Shown here: piece by piece, positions 38,269 to 51,030 of the stretch | How the letters are laid out: every line of letters begins with the position of its first letter | Numbering within the stretch: position 1 is the first letter of the stretch | Origin: Basidiobolus meristosporus CBS 931.73 | Taxonomy: Eukaryota > Fungi > Basidiobolomycota | Reading direction: 5' to 3' | NCBI GenBank assembly: GCA_002104905.1 | Contig: MCFE01000416.1 | Span: forward strand, 1 to 64,000 | Length of the DNA: 64,000 nt | Notes under the pieces: model-generated | Seen by the model: only the letters and a program-made list of their open reading frames with translations | Database searches by the model: none | What the model was told of the DNA's origin: nothing | Translations under genes and position numbers: made by a program

Positions 38269-41200
38269 TCAAAAGCCTTGATTGGACGGCTCTTTCTTCA
38301 TCGCCATGCCCGCCATTAGTTTCCGGATCTTGGCTGATGCCAGCGAGGATGTTGTGCTGACATATTGGGTGGTGGCGTGAGTAGCATCCGACAGGTTGAG
38401 TCCCAGCGACAGAGGGTTCAGGTAGGGAGAGTTCTCGGAGGGTGGGTTGGGGATCTTCTTGTGGTACGCATCTAAAAATGGTTGCATGTCCGTCTTTTTC
38501 AATCCCTAAGCCGAAGGAGGTGGCGAGGTTAGGGGAGAGTTGGGGTTGTGGAGGTTGGGTTTGGGGCTTACCTTCAGCTCAAGGACCTTCTGGTAGTTGA
38601 TGAACGTGGCGTCCGGGCAGAGCAGAATGTACTTCTCAATGAAAGAATCCGGATTTTCTTGAGGGTTCATTGGTGCGAGGATGACTTTGAGAAGCCCTTC
38701 AAGTCTGCTGGCTCCTTTGTTGACAAACTTGACGTAGCTTGGGTGGTAATGGAGCGTTAGTATTGGGGCCTCGATCCAGGTGACCAAGCAATACATACGT
38801 TGATGGGGGAGTGCCAGACTCGGACATCCCTGAAAATGGTAGCCTTAGAAGGATCGCTTTGACCACTTGGATATCTGACAGCATCTAGTTTGAATGAGGG
38901 TCAGTCATAGGCGCAGGTCAAGCTGTACTCGAAACACAGTTACTCGTTCGGCCACGGATTCCGTGATGCGCTTGCATTTGAAGATGTTGGTCATGTATCG
39001 ATTGATGAACGTTCTGAAGAAAGAAATTAGTGCTGTGGTCCCCGGACCGCCGCTGTTGCCTGGCCACTAACCCTACAAATTTGTCACAGAAGGTTCGGAA
39101 GTATCTCTCATTGGTGATGGACTGTCTTATCACCGACACATTCTCTTCCAGAATCGTTCCCAGTCCGGTGACATATTCGAGCTGATTCTTGGCTGTGTCC
39201 CCTGCTCCCCAGGTAACCTTGGTCATTGCGTTAAGCTTCGATTCGCACAACGTGTCGATTCCCTGGACAAGGACACGGACACACGAATTGATGACACCTA
39301 GGAATGCCTCTCGCTGCGCCTCGAGGCTGACATGTTGCTTGAAATTCTCGTCGATCTTTTCGGTGAGCTTCTCTTCCAGCTGGGCGACCGAAGTTAGACA
39401 ATAGTCGGCAGTGTTCAGGACCAGCGCGATGAGCTTCAGCTCTTCCTTGGCAAGGATCTTCTTCTCATCCCTAAAAAGAAACAACATCCATCAGCCATCC
39501 GAAATCCCCCGGGTCTCAGTGAGCTCTGATTACTTGGGAAGTTTGTCCAGCAGTATCTCTCTCCCGTAGATATCCAGCCATTTGGCAAACACCTTGGACA
39601 AGTCGAACATCGGCTTTCGATTGGAGAGCTTGGCACATTGGCTCAGCGTTTCCCGGTAAAAGTACAATAGGTCGGTGCTTGACGAGAAGACGGTGATGCT
39701 GGGGTCGGTGTCCGCCTCGGATTCCTTGTTCCGGAAATTACCAAACATCTCGCTCAGCGATCTACATGCAATATGAGTCGATGAATAACCAGTGAGTGTG
39801 CCCGTGGCCACCTACTTCTCTTGGGCCTCCACATAGCGGCTCAAGTAAGGTTCAAAGCAAATCGACACAATTCTGGTGAACTTCGAGTTCGCTTCTCTCG
39901 CCCTGGAATTGGTCTCCGCTACGTTCTAAAGGCGAATGAGTGGTTAACGATCACGCCCTGCAGCCGCATGCACGAGAGGAGGGTTACCGATGAAGTGAAG
40001 CGTCGGGCCAGCTGGTTTTCAAAGGCAACGGTGAGTTGAAGCACCTTAATCAACAGGCTTACGTCGAGGTCACTTGACTTGGCCAGGACGTCGTTCAAGT
40101 CCGACCTGAGTTGGAACGATGGTCAGTCTACCTGGCAGCAATCATCCACAGCATCCCGAGGTACCTGGTGATCAGACAGAACGTTTCACACAAAGTCTCG
40201 TTCACCTTCCACTTGGCTGGGAAAACGCCGATGTACTCCTCATCATACACCTTCAAGAGCCGTCTTAACCAAGCAAACCGGCGCGAAGTGTTATCGAGCG
40301 CGGCTACCTAATCCGCAGAGACGTTAGCACGCATCGAGAGCGCGGCCATCTAAGACTTACCTCATCATCGCCGGTGAACAGCTTCCTGTATTCCCTGAGG
40401 TGCAGCTCACAGAACCATTCGACCGTCTTGTTTCTAAAGAACCAGATTAAACCAACGCCCATGCCTGACAGGCCCATCGTGCTTACTGGAAATCCTCCCC
40501 GATCACCTCAATCAGAGTGCACATGTCATTAAGCTCTTGCTGAGGCCTCTTCAGAACACCCTGCGAGTTGAATCTAGACAGCGAATGGGTAAATAAAGCC
40601 CCTTGGCAAAACGTGCTCAACGCCCCCCTACCCAGCATGGAAATCCTCAGTCACCTGCTCTTTAAGGTTGAGCCGAATATTGTCTATGGAGGTGGTGATG
40701 TCGTGCACTTGTTTGACGTTCTGATAGCTTTCGAAATGCGACTGTAGCTGTAGGACCGCCTAGCGTTGTTGTTCAGATTGTGCGCAGAGTGGGGTGCTAC
40801 TACTGAGGGTCTACCTGTAGGATTTGGCCTGCCTCTTTGTATTGACGCTCATGAGCGAATAATTTCAGCTGGTCAACCGCGGTCACTAAAACAAGGCGGT
40901 AAGTCATCTGTTCGACCGAGGGAGGCCAAGAAAGCGTAACCCAACCTAGCATCTGAAGTCTTCTGAGAGCGGTGATGGTGGTGGTGAGGTTTCGTTTGGC
41001 GTAGTCCAACGATTTGATATCTTTCGTGATATCCTGTACAATATTCTCCGAATCCTTTGCTTTTTGCTTGATTAGGGTAATCTTATTGAACAGCTCCTAG
41101 AAAACAACTTCAATCACCATTCCTAGGGGGTGGGGGTCAGTTTAGGGTCGTTTGGGTCCAAACCTCCATGGTCTTTTTCGTGGCTTCCAGCTCACGAGCT

Positions 41201-41617
41201 GTCTCGTCATCCGCTTCCGTCTGTGAGCGGAGCAGGACTTTGAGCTGATGATCGATTTTTCGGATTCGAAAGCCCAGTTTGTTCAGCACGTCATCGATGG
41301 AACGTAAAGAGTGTTCTAAAAACGAACAAGAGTGTTAATTTTCCGGCCAACCTCAGCCCATTGAAGCTCCTCGGTCCGCAACAACTCCAAGTCAACTTCT
41401 CTAGGAAGTCCACTCAACAGTATAAAACACGAAAGCACCAACCGTTGGGAAATATCTGATTGATGCACTCCACTGGTTCGAAAGTAGGCGTGTCCAAAGG
41501 GTCAGTGATGTTCAGAATATCGTGCATTCTCTCCTCGATGTTTGCCGGAAGCTGTATCACTTCCATCTCGGTCGAATTCTCAACATTCTCGTCTTGGATT
41601 TTGGCCTCCACGGTCAT
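38269..41617 (-). CDS. VPS53: GARP complex subunit Vps53
   Basis: DPLDTPTFEPVECINQIFPN; ITKDIKSLDYAKRNLTTTITALRRLQML; FSSSTDLLYFYRETLSQC; LVLNTADYC; LEGLLKVILAP. Multi-exon. Confidence 0.9.
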
Positions 41618-42100
41618 ATGTATGAATAAGTGGGTCACCACACGTAAAGCAACCTCTTAGACTGCTGATATGTTGAGCTACGTATTCTCTTATGGGGCTT
41701 GATCAATGCATGAAATCAACCATTGATTTCAATCAGGTTCGATTCAGGATTTCGGCTATTTTCTAGACGCTCAGAATTCCATATTTATTTTTGTGTGTAC
41801 ATCATCAGGGTTGGTAACAAATGATATTAATGTTAGTTTACTCTATTGTATACCGCTTACTAAGTGCTGATAAGTACTACATTCTTGAGACTTGAGCAGG
41901 TGCTTTGAGGCAATATAGAAGACTGATTGGTATATGACTTACTTGTTGGCCTTGTAACCTGAAGTCAGGTGTTTCTACTTTTTGCTAAATTTGTATAGAG
42001 CCAGCTGGCACTCAGCCTGTTTCTACACTGTTGTTTATTGACTGGATATTGTCTCTTTTTTGCACTCCAAACCTACCAACTCCACTGGTGCTCTTACTTT

Positions 42101-42292
42101 TGTTGTCAAAGTGTGTAATTCCACCTAAATATTCACCTAACTTAGTCACCTAGATCATTACTTACAAATCCTAGCAAATACTGACAAAATTCTTTATTGG
42201 GATTCACTTGGAATATTTTCACCAAAATATCAGGTACCCAGAACCTGAGAACTTGATAGGTTGTTCAAACAGCCCCAAAATCTGCACACATG
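42101..42292 (+). mobile_element. Truncated 5' part of a Copia-family LTR
   Basis: Starts TGTTGTCAAAG and is a direct repeat (offset 260) of 42361-42550. Confidence 0.7.
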
Positions 42293-42299
42293 TTCCTGA

Positions 42300-42360
42300 T
42301 GTTGTAAGAGTCTTGGAGATATTGGAAGTATTTTGGAGAACAAGTAGATTATGTGGTTTT
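42300..42360 (-). repeat. Inverted copy of the LTR 3' end
   Basis: TGTTGTAAGAGTCTTGGAGATATTGGAAG... is the reverse complement of 42650-42709. Confidence 0.8.
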
Positions 42361-42709
42361 TGTTGTAAAAATTTGTAATTCCACCTAAATATTCACCTAA
42401 CTTAGTTGCTTAGATCATTACCCTTAAATCCTAGAGAATACTGACCAAATTCCTTGTTGGGATTTACTTGGAATATTTTCATCAAAATACCAGGTACCCA
42501 GAACATGAAAATTCTCAGAGTTGTCCAAACAGCCCCAAACTCTGCACACATGCTCTTAGGACCTTCCTTAACCTATTCTATGTGTTTGTAATGCCAAGAC
42601 CAGGTAAAAGTACAAATACTACTTTTACATTCAATAAATCATTAAGTGAATATCACATAATCTACTTGTTCTCCTAATCACTTCCAATATCTCCAAGACT
42701 CTTACAACA
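42361..42709 (+). mobile_element. Complete Copia-family solo LTR
   Basis: Termini TGTTGTAA...TTACAACA. Homologous to the LTR at 60098-60399, which is followed by a PBS and gag. Confidence 0.8.
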
Positions 42710-43543
42710 GGAACAAGTCAAGTGCATTCTGCTTGGCCTTGAGTTCCTGATGGTTCCATGGTATGCCAGCTTTAAGGTGATGGTGTGCTATACTCCTGAT
42801 GACCTCTTGAATATCAGCCCACTCTTCATTTTTGCACTCAACAGCTTCACAGATCTTCAATGTCTTTTGATATTTAGGCTTTGGTCTAAACACCACATTG
42901 TCTCCCTCCCACACTGTGATAGGCTTTTCTGTGGGCTTTATCTTTGGGCATTGTTGTTGTGCTTCAATGACTGTGCAGTGTTCCTCTGCTGCTACATCAG
43001 GAGATGGCTCAATTCTTGGCTGTGACATTGAGCTACTTGAGTTCCTTCTTTGCAGCAAAGATACTGCTTTCTCTACCTGCAATATTGATTATTCTACATG
43101 TATTATCCGCTCATCCTGTTTCTGGACTAATTCCTAATCTCTCTGGGCAATTGCATCAGTCCTATCAGCCACTGCACCTAGTTGCTTGATTAGTGCTTTG
43201 GTATGAGCTGACAATATACTTACTAATATGGGGGGTGGCAATGTTATGACAGCCACTTGCTGGTCTTCAACTGAGGGTACTGCATTTGCTACCTTCTCAT
43301 CTGCCTGAGCATAATGTTCAGCTTGTGGCTCTGCAGAGGTTCTCAATTGCCTACTTGACTGAGAGCCCAAGGAGTCCGCATTATTACCTTCAGTGGGCAC
43401 ACTGTTAACATGATCTTTATTGAATGTAGCCCTGCTTGTTGCACAGAATGTCAAAGCAAGCTGTTGTCCAACCATTCTTCTGCTGCTGTCAGTGGTGAGG
43501 TTTGGTTGGGAACCAAACAACTTTGCTTTATTTTCGGTGGCAT
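42710..43543 (-). pseudogene. ORF2 of CMC copy A, 5' portion
   Basis: MPPKIKQ/NKAKLFGSQPNL... homologous to 54829 onward; cut at ..KAKQNALDLF by the LTR. Confidence 0.75.
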
Positions 43544-43765
43544 AAATATGGAAGTGAGTCAAAACAAAGGGGAAATAGTGTTACATATACATGTGTATGT
43601 GGTGCCACAACTTTATTTATAATGCTTACTATGGCAGGTCATTGTTGAATCTTACATTCATGTAGGTGGGATGTCTCAAATACAAGACTGTCATAGATTC
43701 ACATGTGTATTGACCAAAAAGTGATATAATAGTGTTACATTGTTGAAGGTCAAACTGTTTGCCCC

Positions 43766-46456
43766 ATGGACAAGACTACTTTGATTCAACACTATAAGAG
43801 AAGAGAAAAAAGACCATGTGGCTATTGTGGCAAGCCTCTCAGCCATGTAGCATGCAGACAGCATTGGAAGTATTACAAGGATCATGGCAAGTGTTTTGCT
43901 ACACAAGTCATATTTGACCATTCATTGGTCACTACTGTACCAACATTATCTTGCTAGCCAGTTGATACTTCTATATTGGCTCCTGGCTGTCTTTGTCACC
44001 TTACGCAAACTGAGTCAGGTGAGTTTGTGATGCCTTTAGGCTCACCTCAGCCTTCTGAATATGGCACACAGAGTGATAGCTCCAACAAAGAATGTTCACT
44101 GATGGATTTTGAGCCTATCACCACTAAAAACAGAACCATATATGAGCCTGGTCAAACTCCTATATGCAATGAGACAACACCTGTTGAAAAATATGCCAAG
44201 GATACTTTATGGAGCTAAGTGAGCCCAGTAATCCATCTACTGGTGAATGATATAATGTTGTGGCTAGAAAAGTGGTGCATTTCCACTAATACCAGTAATG
44301 GGGGCTTTGAGGATTTATTACTACTTCTTGCCAAAATCATTCAGGGATGCAACTTACCATGTACATGGTACAAGTGGACAATCATCATGAGGCTGGCAAC
44401 ATTTGATCCAGACACTTTCCTGATTTCGGCATGTGCTCACAGTTGCATGGCATTCACATCTGAAAATACTGCCATTGCAATGTATCCAAATTGTCAGGAA
44501 TCCACCACCCTTGAGGGAAAACATTGTTCACACTCCAGAAATATTCTGGTAATACCCTGTCAGAGGAAGCTGATGCAGTCCAACAAATATTGCAAAGCTA
44601 TACAGTACTGCACTCAGTATCAATCAAGTACAAACATATCCAATGTATTTGATGGCAAACATTACAAACCGCATAGAAGCAAGGGCTACTTTGAAGGTAT
44701 GCATGACCATGCCTTTGCCTTGGCACTTGATGGATTCTCATCAAACAAGTACTCTACCAGCAAATCCTGCTGGCCACTGATTCTCATCAATCTGAATCTG
44801 CTGCCCATCTTACAGTATCAGAGCAATAATCTGATGGTAGTCTCACTGGTATCTGGGCTAAAATTAACATCAAACCTGGATACCTACTAGTATCCATTAC
44901 TGGATGAACTTTGTATGCTTTTCAGCGGGATAACAGTTAATGGCCATCATGTAAAAGCGCATATTATTATCTGCATTGGAGATACCCCAGCCATCAGCAA
45001 GATAGCAGGTTTTTCCGGGTACAATGGATGGTATTGCTTTCAAATGTGTGAGATCCAGAGGATTTACTCCATAAATCACATACATTATTATTACCCAAAC
45101 ACCAGCACTGAGAACTTCACCTTTCTACAGAGAGAACATACAGAAGCCAGCATGCAATTGCGGCAAAGTTGGCAAGCTATAAGCCATTGGCCAGAATATG
45201 GAATCAATCAGAAACTAACAATACTTGAGATAGAGGGTATCTGTGGGAGCAAAAGCTTTCCACTGGGAGCAATGCATTTGCTTTTCACCAATATCTCTAT
45301 ACTGATGACTAAGTTGTACATGGGGCATTTCAAGCTAAATGAGCCCTTTGAGATACTTGAGAAATCTGAAAGAATTGGCAAAATATTACAGAGTATCTGC
45401 TACCCTAAGTACTTCTCACAGGCTCCAATTAATATTCATACAGATATACAACAATACCAATGCAAAGGCTGGATAAACTGGATATATATTTATTCAAGTG
45501 GCATTCTGAAGCCATTCCTACCTAGGGTACATTGGAAGCATTGGAAGTCATATGTGGACACTGTAGGAATATTTATTCAGAAGCAGATCACCAATACCAA
45601 CTTGACACATCTACAGCCGTTGTGCAAGGAGTTTGTGACAGGATTTGAGCAGTTATACTACAAACATAAAGCTGAATGCATATATCTCTGCCACTACTGT
45701 ATCCATTCTCTATTTGATCTTGCATGGTGTGTGGAGAATATTGGGCCTTGCCTCACCTTTTGGAGTTTCCTATGGAGCAGATGTGTAAGGAGATAGAAAG
45801 ACAAGTCAAATTGCAGGTACCACCATATCCCAATCTCATCAAGAATATTACCTTCAAGTCCATCATGGATGTGATGAGTTAGCACATGAAGGACAGTCAG
45901 GAAGAGTTGGAAAATACTGAGGACAAATGTGCACATGGAGACACATATGTCTATGGCATTAAGAAGCTAAGCTGCCCCAATGTATGGGTGATCAGTTAAG
46001 TAATGCAAAGTTAGGTTGGGTGCAACAAGCAACTAATTATTATTAGGAAAACTATACCAATGTATGCCAGATCTCTCTTGGTCACAACCCAACTTCTACA
46101 CCATTCAATATGGGATTCACACAAACAAAAGCCAGATTGCACCTATGATGGGGACTAGAATCCAGCAGGGAGAAGGAATGTATTGGCTAAGTACCAAGAA
46201 GTTTGTTGCAGATATTCAGGAGGTATTTGTGGCAGAAGTGGCAACAACCAAGCATATGTTTGCAAGATGTTTATGTTATCACCAATATAAGGTATATGGC
46301 AACTTTGCAGGTATCACACTAAAAAGCCGTAAGGATGAGGTGATAGAAGTATGTCAATTGCGGCAGGTGTGCACAATTGTAATGGTAAGTAAGCAGGAGG
46401 CCATAGTTTTTTTTGGTTCAAACTATATGTGGATTACCCAAGGTAGTAGTGGGTAA
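43766..46456 (+). pseudogene. CMC/EnSpm (Transposase_21/DUF4218-type) transposase, copy A, multiple stops
   Basis: LALDGFS..SCWPLILINLNL; CIGDTPAISKIAGF; FEQLYY..HSLFDLA..GPCLTFW. In-frame stops relative to copy B. Confidence 0.85.
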
Positions 46457-46888
46457 GTAAATAAAGAGGGGTGACTCTACAGTGGAATATATGAATTGCA
46501 CAAGGGGAGGTAGAAAAAGGAAATACCATTTGGTAAATTGGTACGGTAGCATTATACAGAACCAGCTGTGGGCCATCATACTGGCAATAGAATGCCATCA
46601 GAGTTTTGCTGAGAGGACATAGAAATACCATCAAGTTTCATGCCATATACGGCAATTGAATTTCCTGACTGCTTGGATCCACTTAAAATAGTTGTAGAGC
46701 TCAAAAAGACCGCAACAATACATTAGACTTGTTCCATCATACCGTGCCAGGGCGTTGTGGTGGTGTATAGGTCCAAGGGAGAGATACGTCCAACACTTCT
46801 CAAGTGTTTTGTGTGTGGGGTGTTCACTGGGTGCAATAACCTCTGGCAAAAGCTTGCTAGGAATACTTGGGTTCTGTCTCTAATCTAA

Positions 46889-47790
46889 TGTGAAGGGGAA
46901 TAAAGCCACAAGCTTGTCAAGGGAAAACTATTGAGCTACAATCCCCAACTTAGTTGGCGTCTTAACAAAAGTATGTGCTGGGTTCAGCGTCCTTTGAGAT
47001 GACAATGTACTAAAGCTTCCAAAGTCAAAACAACTGTAAACTCCACCAGCAGGGACTTGATAAGAATGCAGCTGTGGTCAATAGTTACAAAGACAGAAAA
47101 GTATCTTTGCCTGTACAAGAACAAACTTGGGAAAGAATCAAATATAATAAAAGATACCTACTCTGAGTATTCCTCACAAGTAGTGCCTCCAAGGTCAGTT
47201 GGCTGTCAGCGCGGTTTCCTGGGAGTGTCCTGTGGTCTAGGGTTGGAAGTTCAGGCAGCAGGTAGCAGTGATCACACTAATCAACAAGTTGGTATATTGA
47301 TAAAAGGGATGATGATTTATTGTTGAGGGATAGCCTCCCTTATATACTTTTCTTACTGGCTAAGTGATTACTAATCATGGTGTTCCAGAAGGTTCCGGAT
47401 ATCAATAGAAATCTTAATGACATCAGAATGACCTAAGAATGTTCTAAGTAGGTGCCGGAAGGTTCTAAGAGGCACAGCACATCCAACCAATCAGGAATCA
47501 GTACTCTGAAACCTGTGTAACATGGGGATACCATATATGGTATGGAAATGGTAGGGATGGTGACACGGGTTGATCATGTGTCACAGGTACTGGCGCGGGT
47601 ACTTGCCTAATATAGAAGCACTTGCAACTAGTAATCTTACATAAAGTGAGGGGTAACTTATGCAATAAGGTAAGCAGGTGTGATAGTCAACTGGCTTATG
47701 GGATAGTACTGATTGGGTATGACAAATGGGATAAAACTAAAATGAGTATAGTAGGGATATAGGGAAGTAGAAAATAAGGGAATGAGCACA
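46889..47790 (-). mobile_element. Probable solo LTR inside the PHIS left arm
   Basis: TGTG...CACA ends; on the minus strand GTATATAAG (~47340) is followed by AATAAA (~47318). The flanks TCTAA/TCTGT match only partly, so boundaries are uncertain. Confidence 0.4.
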
Positions 47791-48610
47791 TCTGTCAGTG
47801 GGTGTCACTGTCACCCCACTACAGCGTGCGGTGTGATCTGCGGTTGTAAAGAATGATTGGGCGCAATATTATAGCTACCAGAAGGAAGGATTGTTCTTGG
47901 ACAATTTTGCACTATGCGCGACAATCTTGCACACTATGGCACAATCTGACACAATGAGGTTGGAACGGATGATTGCGCCAACTTGTAATGTTTGCATCAC
48001 GTGCGCGATTGGATACCGCCATTATGGCAGGTAAAATCCGGTATTTGGATATGTTTCTTTAATGTAAATGGAAATAAATGTGTATCGCACTATAAACTAC
48101 ACTAATACTTACCATTTTGGTTATCCTCACTCCAATTGGACGGTATCTCAGTGGTTAATTGGTCTAAAAGTATCCTGAAGCTGGCAGCCCCCAATTGGCT
48201 CATTGACTACTAAAAAAGCTACCTGATTTGCCATCAAATATCCAATATTGCTCATTGAGCAAGTAAATCCCTGATCCTAGTGATTGGACAAGGTGTCATA
48301 GCCAGCACGCAAGCAATCGTGTAGGTGCAAAACAGATCCAATAGCTGCACTGGTATTACAGATGACGTATATATATGCAGGGTGTTTATTTATAGGGGTT
48401 CTGTCTCAAATGTGAGACAACCTTGATATTACTTATTTCAAAAATTTGATGATCACTGATTTGCAATGGCTTGATTTGGATCGCAAAAAAAAAGGGTTGT
48501 TGGGATCATTACAAATGTGAGCAATTCAAAGCAATTGCATCATCTTCTCCTGGGTTTTTTTCTCACAGGGATTACTACTGAAGCATTTGGTAGTGACTCA
48601 CTTTGCACAC

Positions 48611-49786
48611 CTATACTACTTCCTGGCTGACTATCATCTTGCTACTTGTGTATTTGTAGTCAGTATTTTGCCTCCTAGTTGATGAGTGCAATGCTACAGC
48701 TTGGCTGCGCTGAATTGCTCCAACTGAACCAACTGAACCGGCCTGTAGTGCCACGCGCTGACGCGTTCTTTTACTTGCCAAGGGCTCTGGTGGTTGAGGT
48801 ACTTCATGTTGGTCATCATCAGTCAGTTCACCAGAAGTAACTCGCTGATGGTCAGGCAAAACGGCACGCACAGGCGTGCCTTGACGTGTTGAGATGGCCC
48901 TTGGCTGAGTTTGATGTGATGCTGCAAGTTGACGCGACTCGGTCTGCTCCAATGGACTTGTGTCTAAATGAGCAGTTTGGCAAGTTCTTGTAGTTTTGCT
49001 CTGAAGCACGCGTGTTGACCCAACGTGTGTTGACTCAATGCGGGGCATTCTGGTAAAGGGTGTTGGCATGCTCTGGACTGACGTGCACCGGCACGCTGTG
49101 GTTGCAAGAGATGGTAGGGAATCCAGCAAGGCGTGCTGGCGCAATCTGGATGATGTTGCTTGCGGTCTGTATTCTTCCTCCTGAAGCTCACCATCTGATT
49201 CCTCAAGGTATTCACTTACCCTCTGTCTGATACTTTGGAGCTGTTGCCTGGATGAGTCCTGTGTATATTGCTCTTGGAAGCCACTTAGCTCTACTAATAT
49301 ATCACGTAGTACATTAGTCATTTGAGGCAAAAACTCATTCAAAATCTCTTTGGTTCCCAAAGTTGAGGCACAAACAGACGGGTCCGGCCTGTACTGTGCA
49401 AATTGCGCGCAAAATTGCTCCCACGCAGCTTCTTTGTCAAATCCCCTCACTCTCAGCTCATTCTTGATTTCAATACTTGTCTTGTTATATATCTTTTTAC
49501 ATACATTGGCTGGCATCTTGATGTAGAACTCATGCCACAGCTTTCTACTCAAATTCTTCCATCTTTGTTGACTCTCTGAGGTATCTAGTTCTGCTAGATT
49601 AATCAGTAGTGCCCAAATATCTGTATGAAGGCTCATCATAGACACTTGGGCCATACTAAAATCATTTGGCAAGAACTTGAATGGATCCAACATCAACTTT
49701 TCTGGTCCAGACCATGCTTGTGAGCTGGGGGATGGGTTTTGTCTGGGTTGTACTAAAGATGAGTTGAGGCTTGGTATGGGGACCAT
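48611..49786 (-). CDS. PHIS element accessory ORF (391 aa), possible Myb/SANT(MADF)-like DNA-binding protein
   Basis: Uninterrupted ORF within the TIRs, divergent from the transposase. IWALLINLAELDTSESQQRWKNLSRK resembles trihelix helices 2-3; the C-terminal half is low complexity. Confidence 0.65.
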   Translation of the reverse strand: MVPIPSLNSSLVQPRQNPSPSSQAWSGPEKLMLDPFKFLPNDFSMAQVSMMSLHTDIWALLINLAELDTSESQQRWKNLSRKLWHEFYIKMPANVCKKIYNKTSIEIKNELRVRGFDKEAAWEQFCAQFAQYRPDPSVCASTLGTKEILNEFLPQMTNVLRDILVELSGFQEQYTQDSSRQQLQSIRQRVSEYLEESDGELQEEEYRPQATSSRLRQHALLDSLPSLATTACRCTSVQSMPTPFTRMPRIESTHVGSTRVLQSKTTRTCQTAHLDTSPLEQTESRQLAASHQTQPRAISTRQGTPVRAVLPDHQRVTSGELTDDDQHEVPQPPEPLASKRTRQRVALQAGSVGSVGAIQRSQAVALHSSTRRQNTDYKYTSSKMIVSQEVV

Positions 49787-50145
49787 AGCAATGGATTTGG
49801 ATACTTATACAGCAGTATATTGGCATCAACCTGGTCTTATATGAAATATATATGAAAACTAATGTGATTGTTGAATTTTCCATATATTATGCATGATGCA
49901 TCTTGGATTGCATTGACACGGATCAGATCACATCAATTGCAGATTTCCCATTTGATCATAGACCTATGATTAAAGCATCCATAAAAGTACCAAGGCATTG
50001 TTTGCGGATGATTTTTGCAACATAATGATGGGATACATGGCAATTGATGGAGATTTAACCATAATGTATTAAAAATCAGATAAATAAGGCGGATCGTGCC
50101 AAATCAATTCAAACCGCCTGAATACAATCATCCACCAATTTTAAT

Positions 50146-51030
50146 ATGACTTACTCATCTGAATGGTCTTTTCTCATCAATCCCATCACTACCACTGGAT
50201 TTCCTTTTGACACACTAGAGGAGATCTATTCCAAGTACTGTGGACCATCAACCCCAATCTACTCAAGGAGATCCCTTGTCAAGCTTCTCTGCTATTACAA
50301 GAACTATTGCCCTACAAGGTTTCATCCCACCATCCATGGCAACAAAAGTCCTAGAAGCTTTCATTCCCAGCTGACAGCAATGGAGAACCACCTTGCAGAG
50401 GGTATGAACGACTTAGAGCAAGCTTGGAATACTAGGTTCAGAAGCTCCAATAGACTTCCATATCCTAGAGTGTTCAGCAACAGGTTCCATAGCAGGAGTA
50501 TTTTGGATACCTTCCCAGTGAGGATTAACAGACCTTCTAGAGGGCAGACGCACTTTTATTCTGGCAAGTACAAGGCACACTGTGTGAAGTTTCAAGCACT
50601 GTCTGACATTGAGGGTAACATCATCTGGTTTAGTGGGCCATTTGCTGGAAGTAGGCATGACAAAGCACTCTGGGTAGAGAATCATCCTGAATTCAGTAGA
50701 GGGGAGAAATGTACGGCAGACTTAGCTTATATAGGAGAGGATTGTCAAAGATTAGGATGTATTACAGCTTATAGGAAGCCAAGGAATAGTGTACTTAGCA
50801 GGAAGCAGAAGCTCTACAATGAGATATTTAATCATTTCAGAGTAGGGGTAGAGCACACAATTGGATATCTGAAGAGATTCAGCATATTGGCAGGTAAATA
50901 CAGAGGAAAGTCATATATAGGAGAAAACAGCAGAATAGGTAAAATAGTTAAGATACCTATTAATGCACAGTATGTTCATACAAGAAGACATCCACTGAGA
51001 GAAATGTGTCTGGAGCATTATGAAGAGTAA
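50146..51030 (+). CDS. DDE_Tnp_4 (IS5/ISL2EU/Harbinger-like) transposase, intact 294 aa
   Basis: SILDTFPVRINRP..FYSGKYKAHCVKFQ..GSRHD..ADLAYIG..NEIFNHFRVGVEHTIGYLKRFSIL. Confidence 0.9.
   Translation: MTYSSEWSFLINPITTTGFPFDTLEEIYSKYCGPSTPIYSRRSLVKLLCYYKNYCPTRFHPTIHGNKSPRSFHSQLTAMENHLAEGMNDLEQAWNTRFRSSNRLPYPRVFSNRFHSRSILDTFPVRINRPSRGQTHFYSGKYKAHCVKFQALSDIEGNIIWFSGPFAGSRHDKALWVENHPEFSRGEKCTADLAYIGEDCQRLGCITAYRKPRNSVLSRKQKLYNEIFNHFRVGVEHTIGYLKRFSILAGKYRGKSYIGENSRIGKIVKIPINAQYVHTRRHPLREMCLEHYEE

Noticed and set aside
42101-42709. MITE defined by 60-bp inverted repeats at 42300 and 42709
   Set aside because: The right-hand repeat is the 3' end of a Copia LTR (same sequence precedes the PBS and gag at 60399), and there is no TSD.
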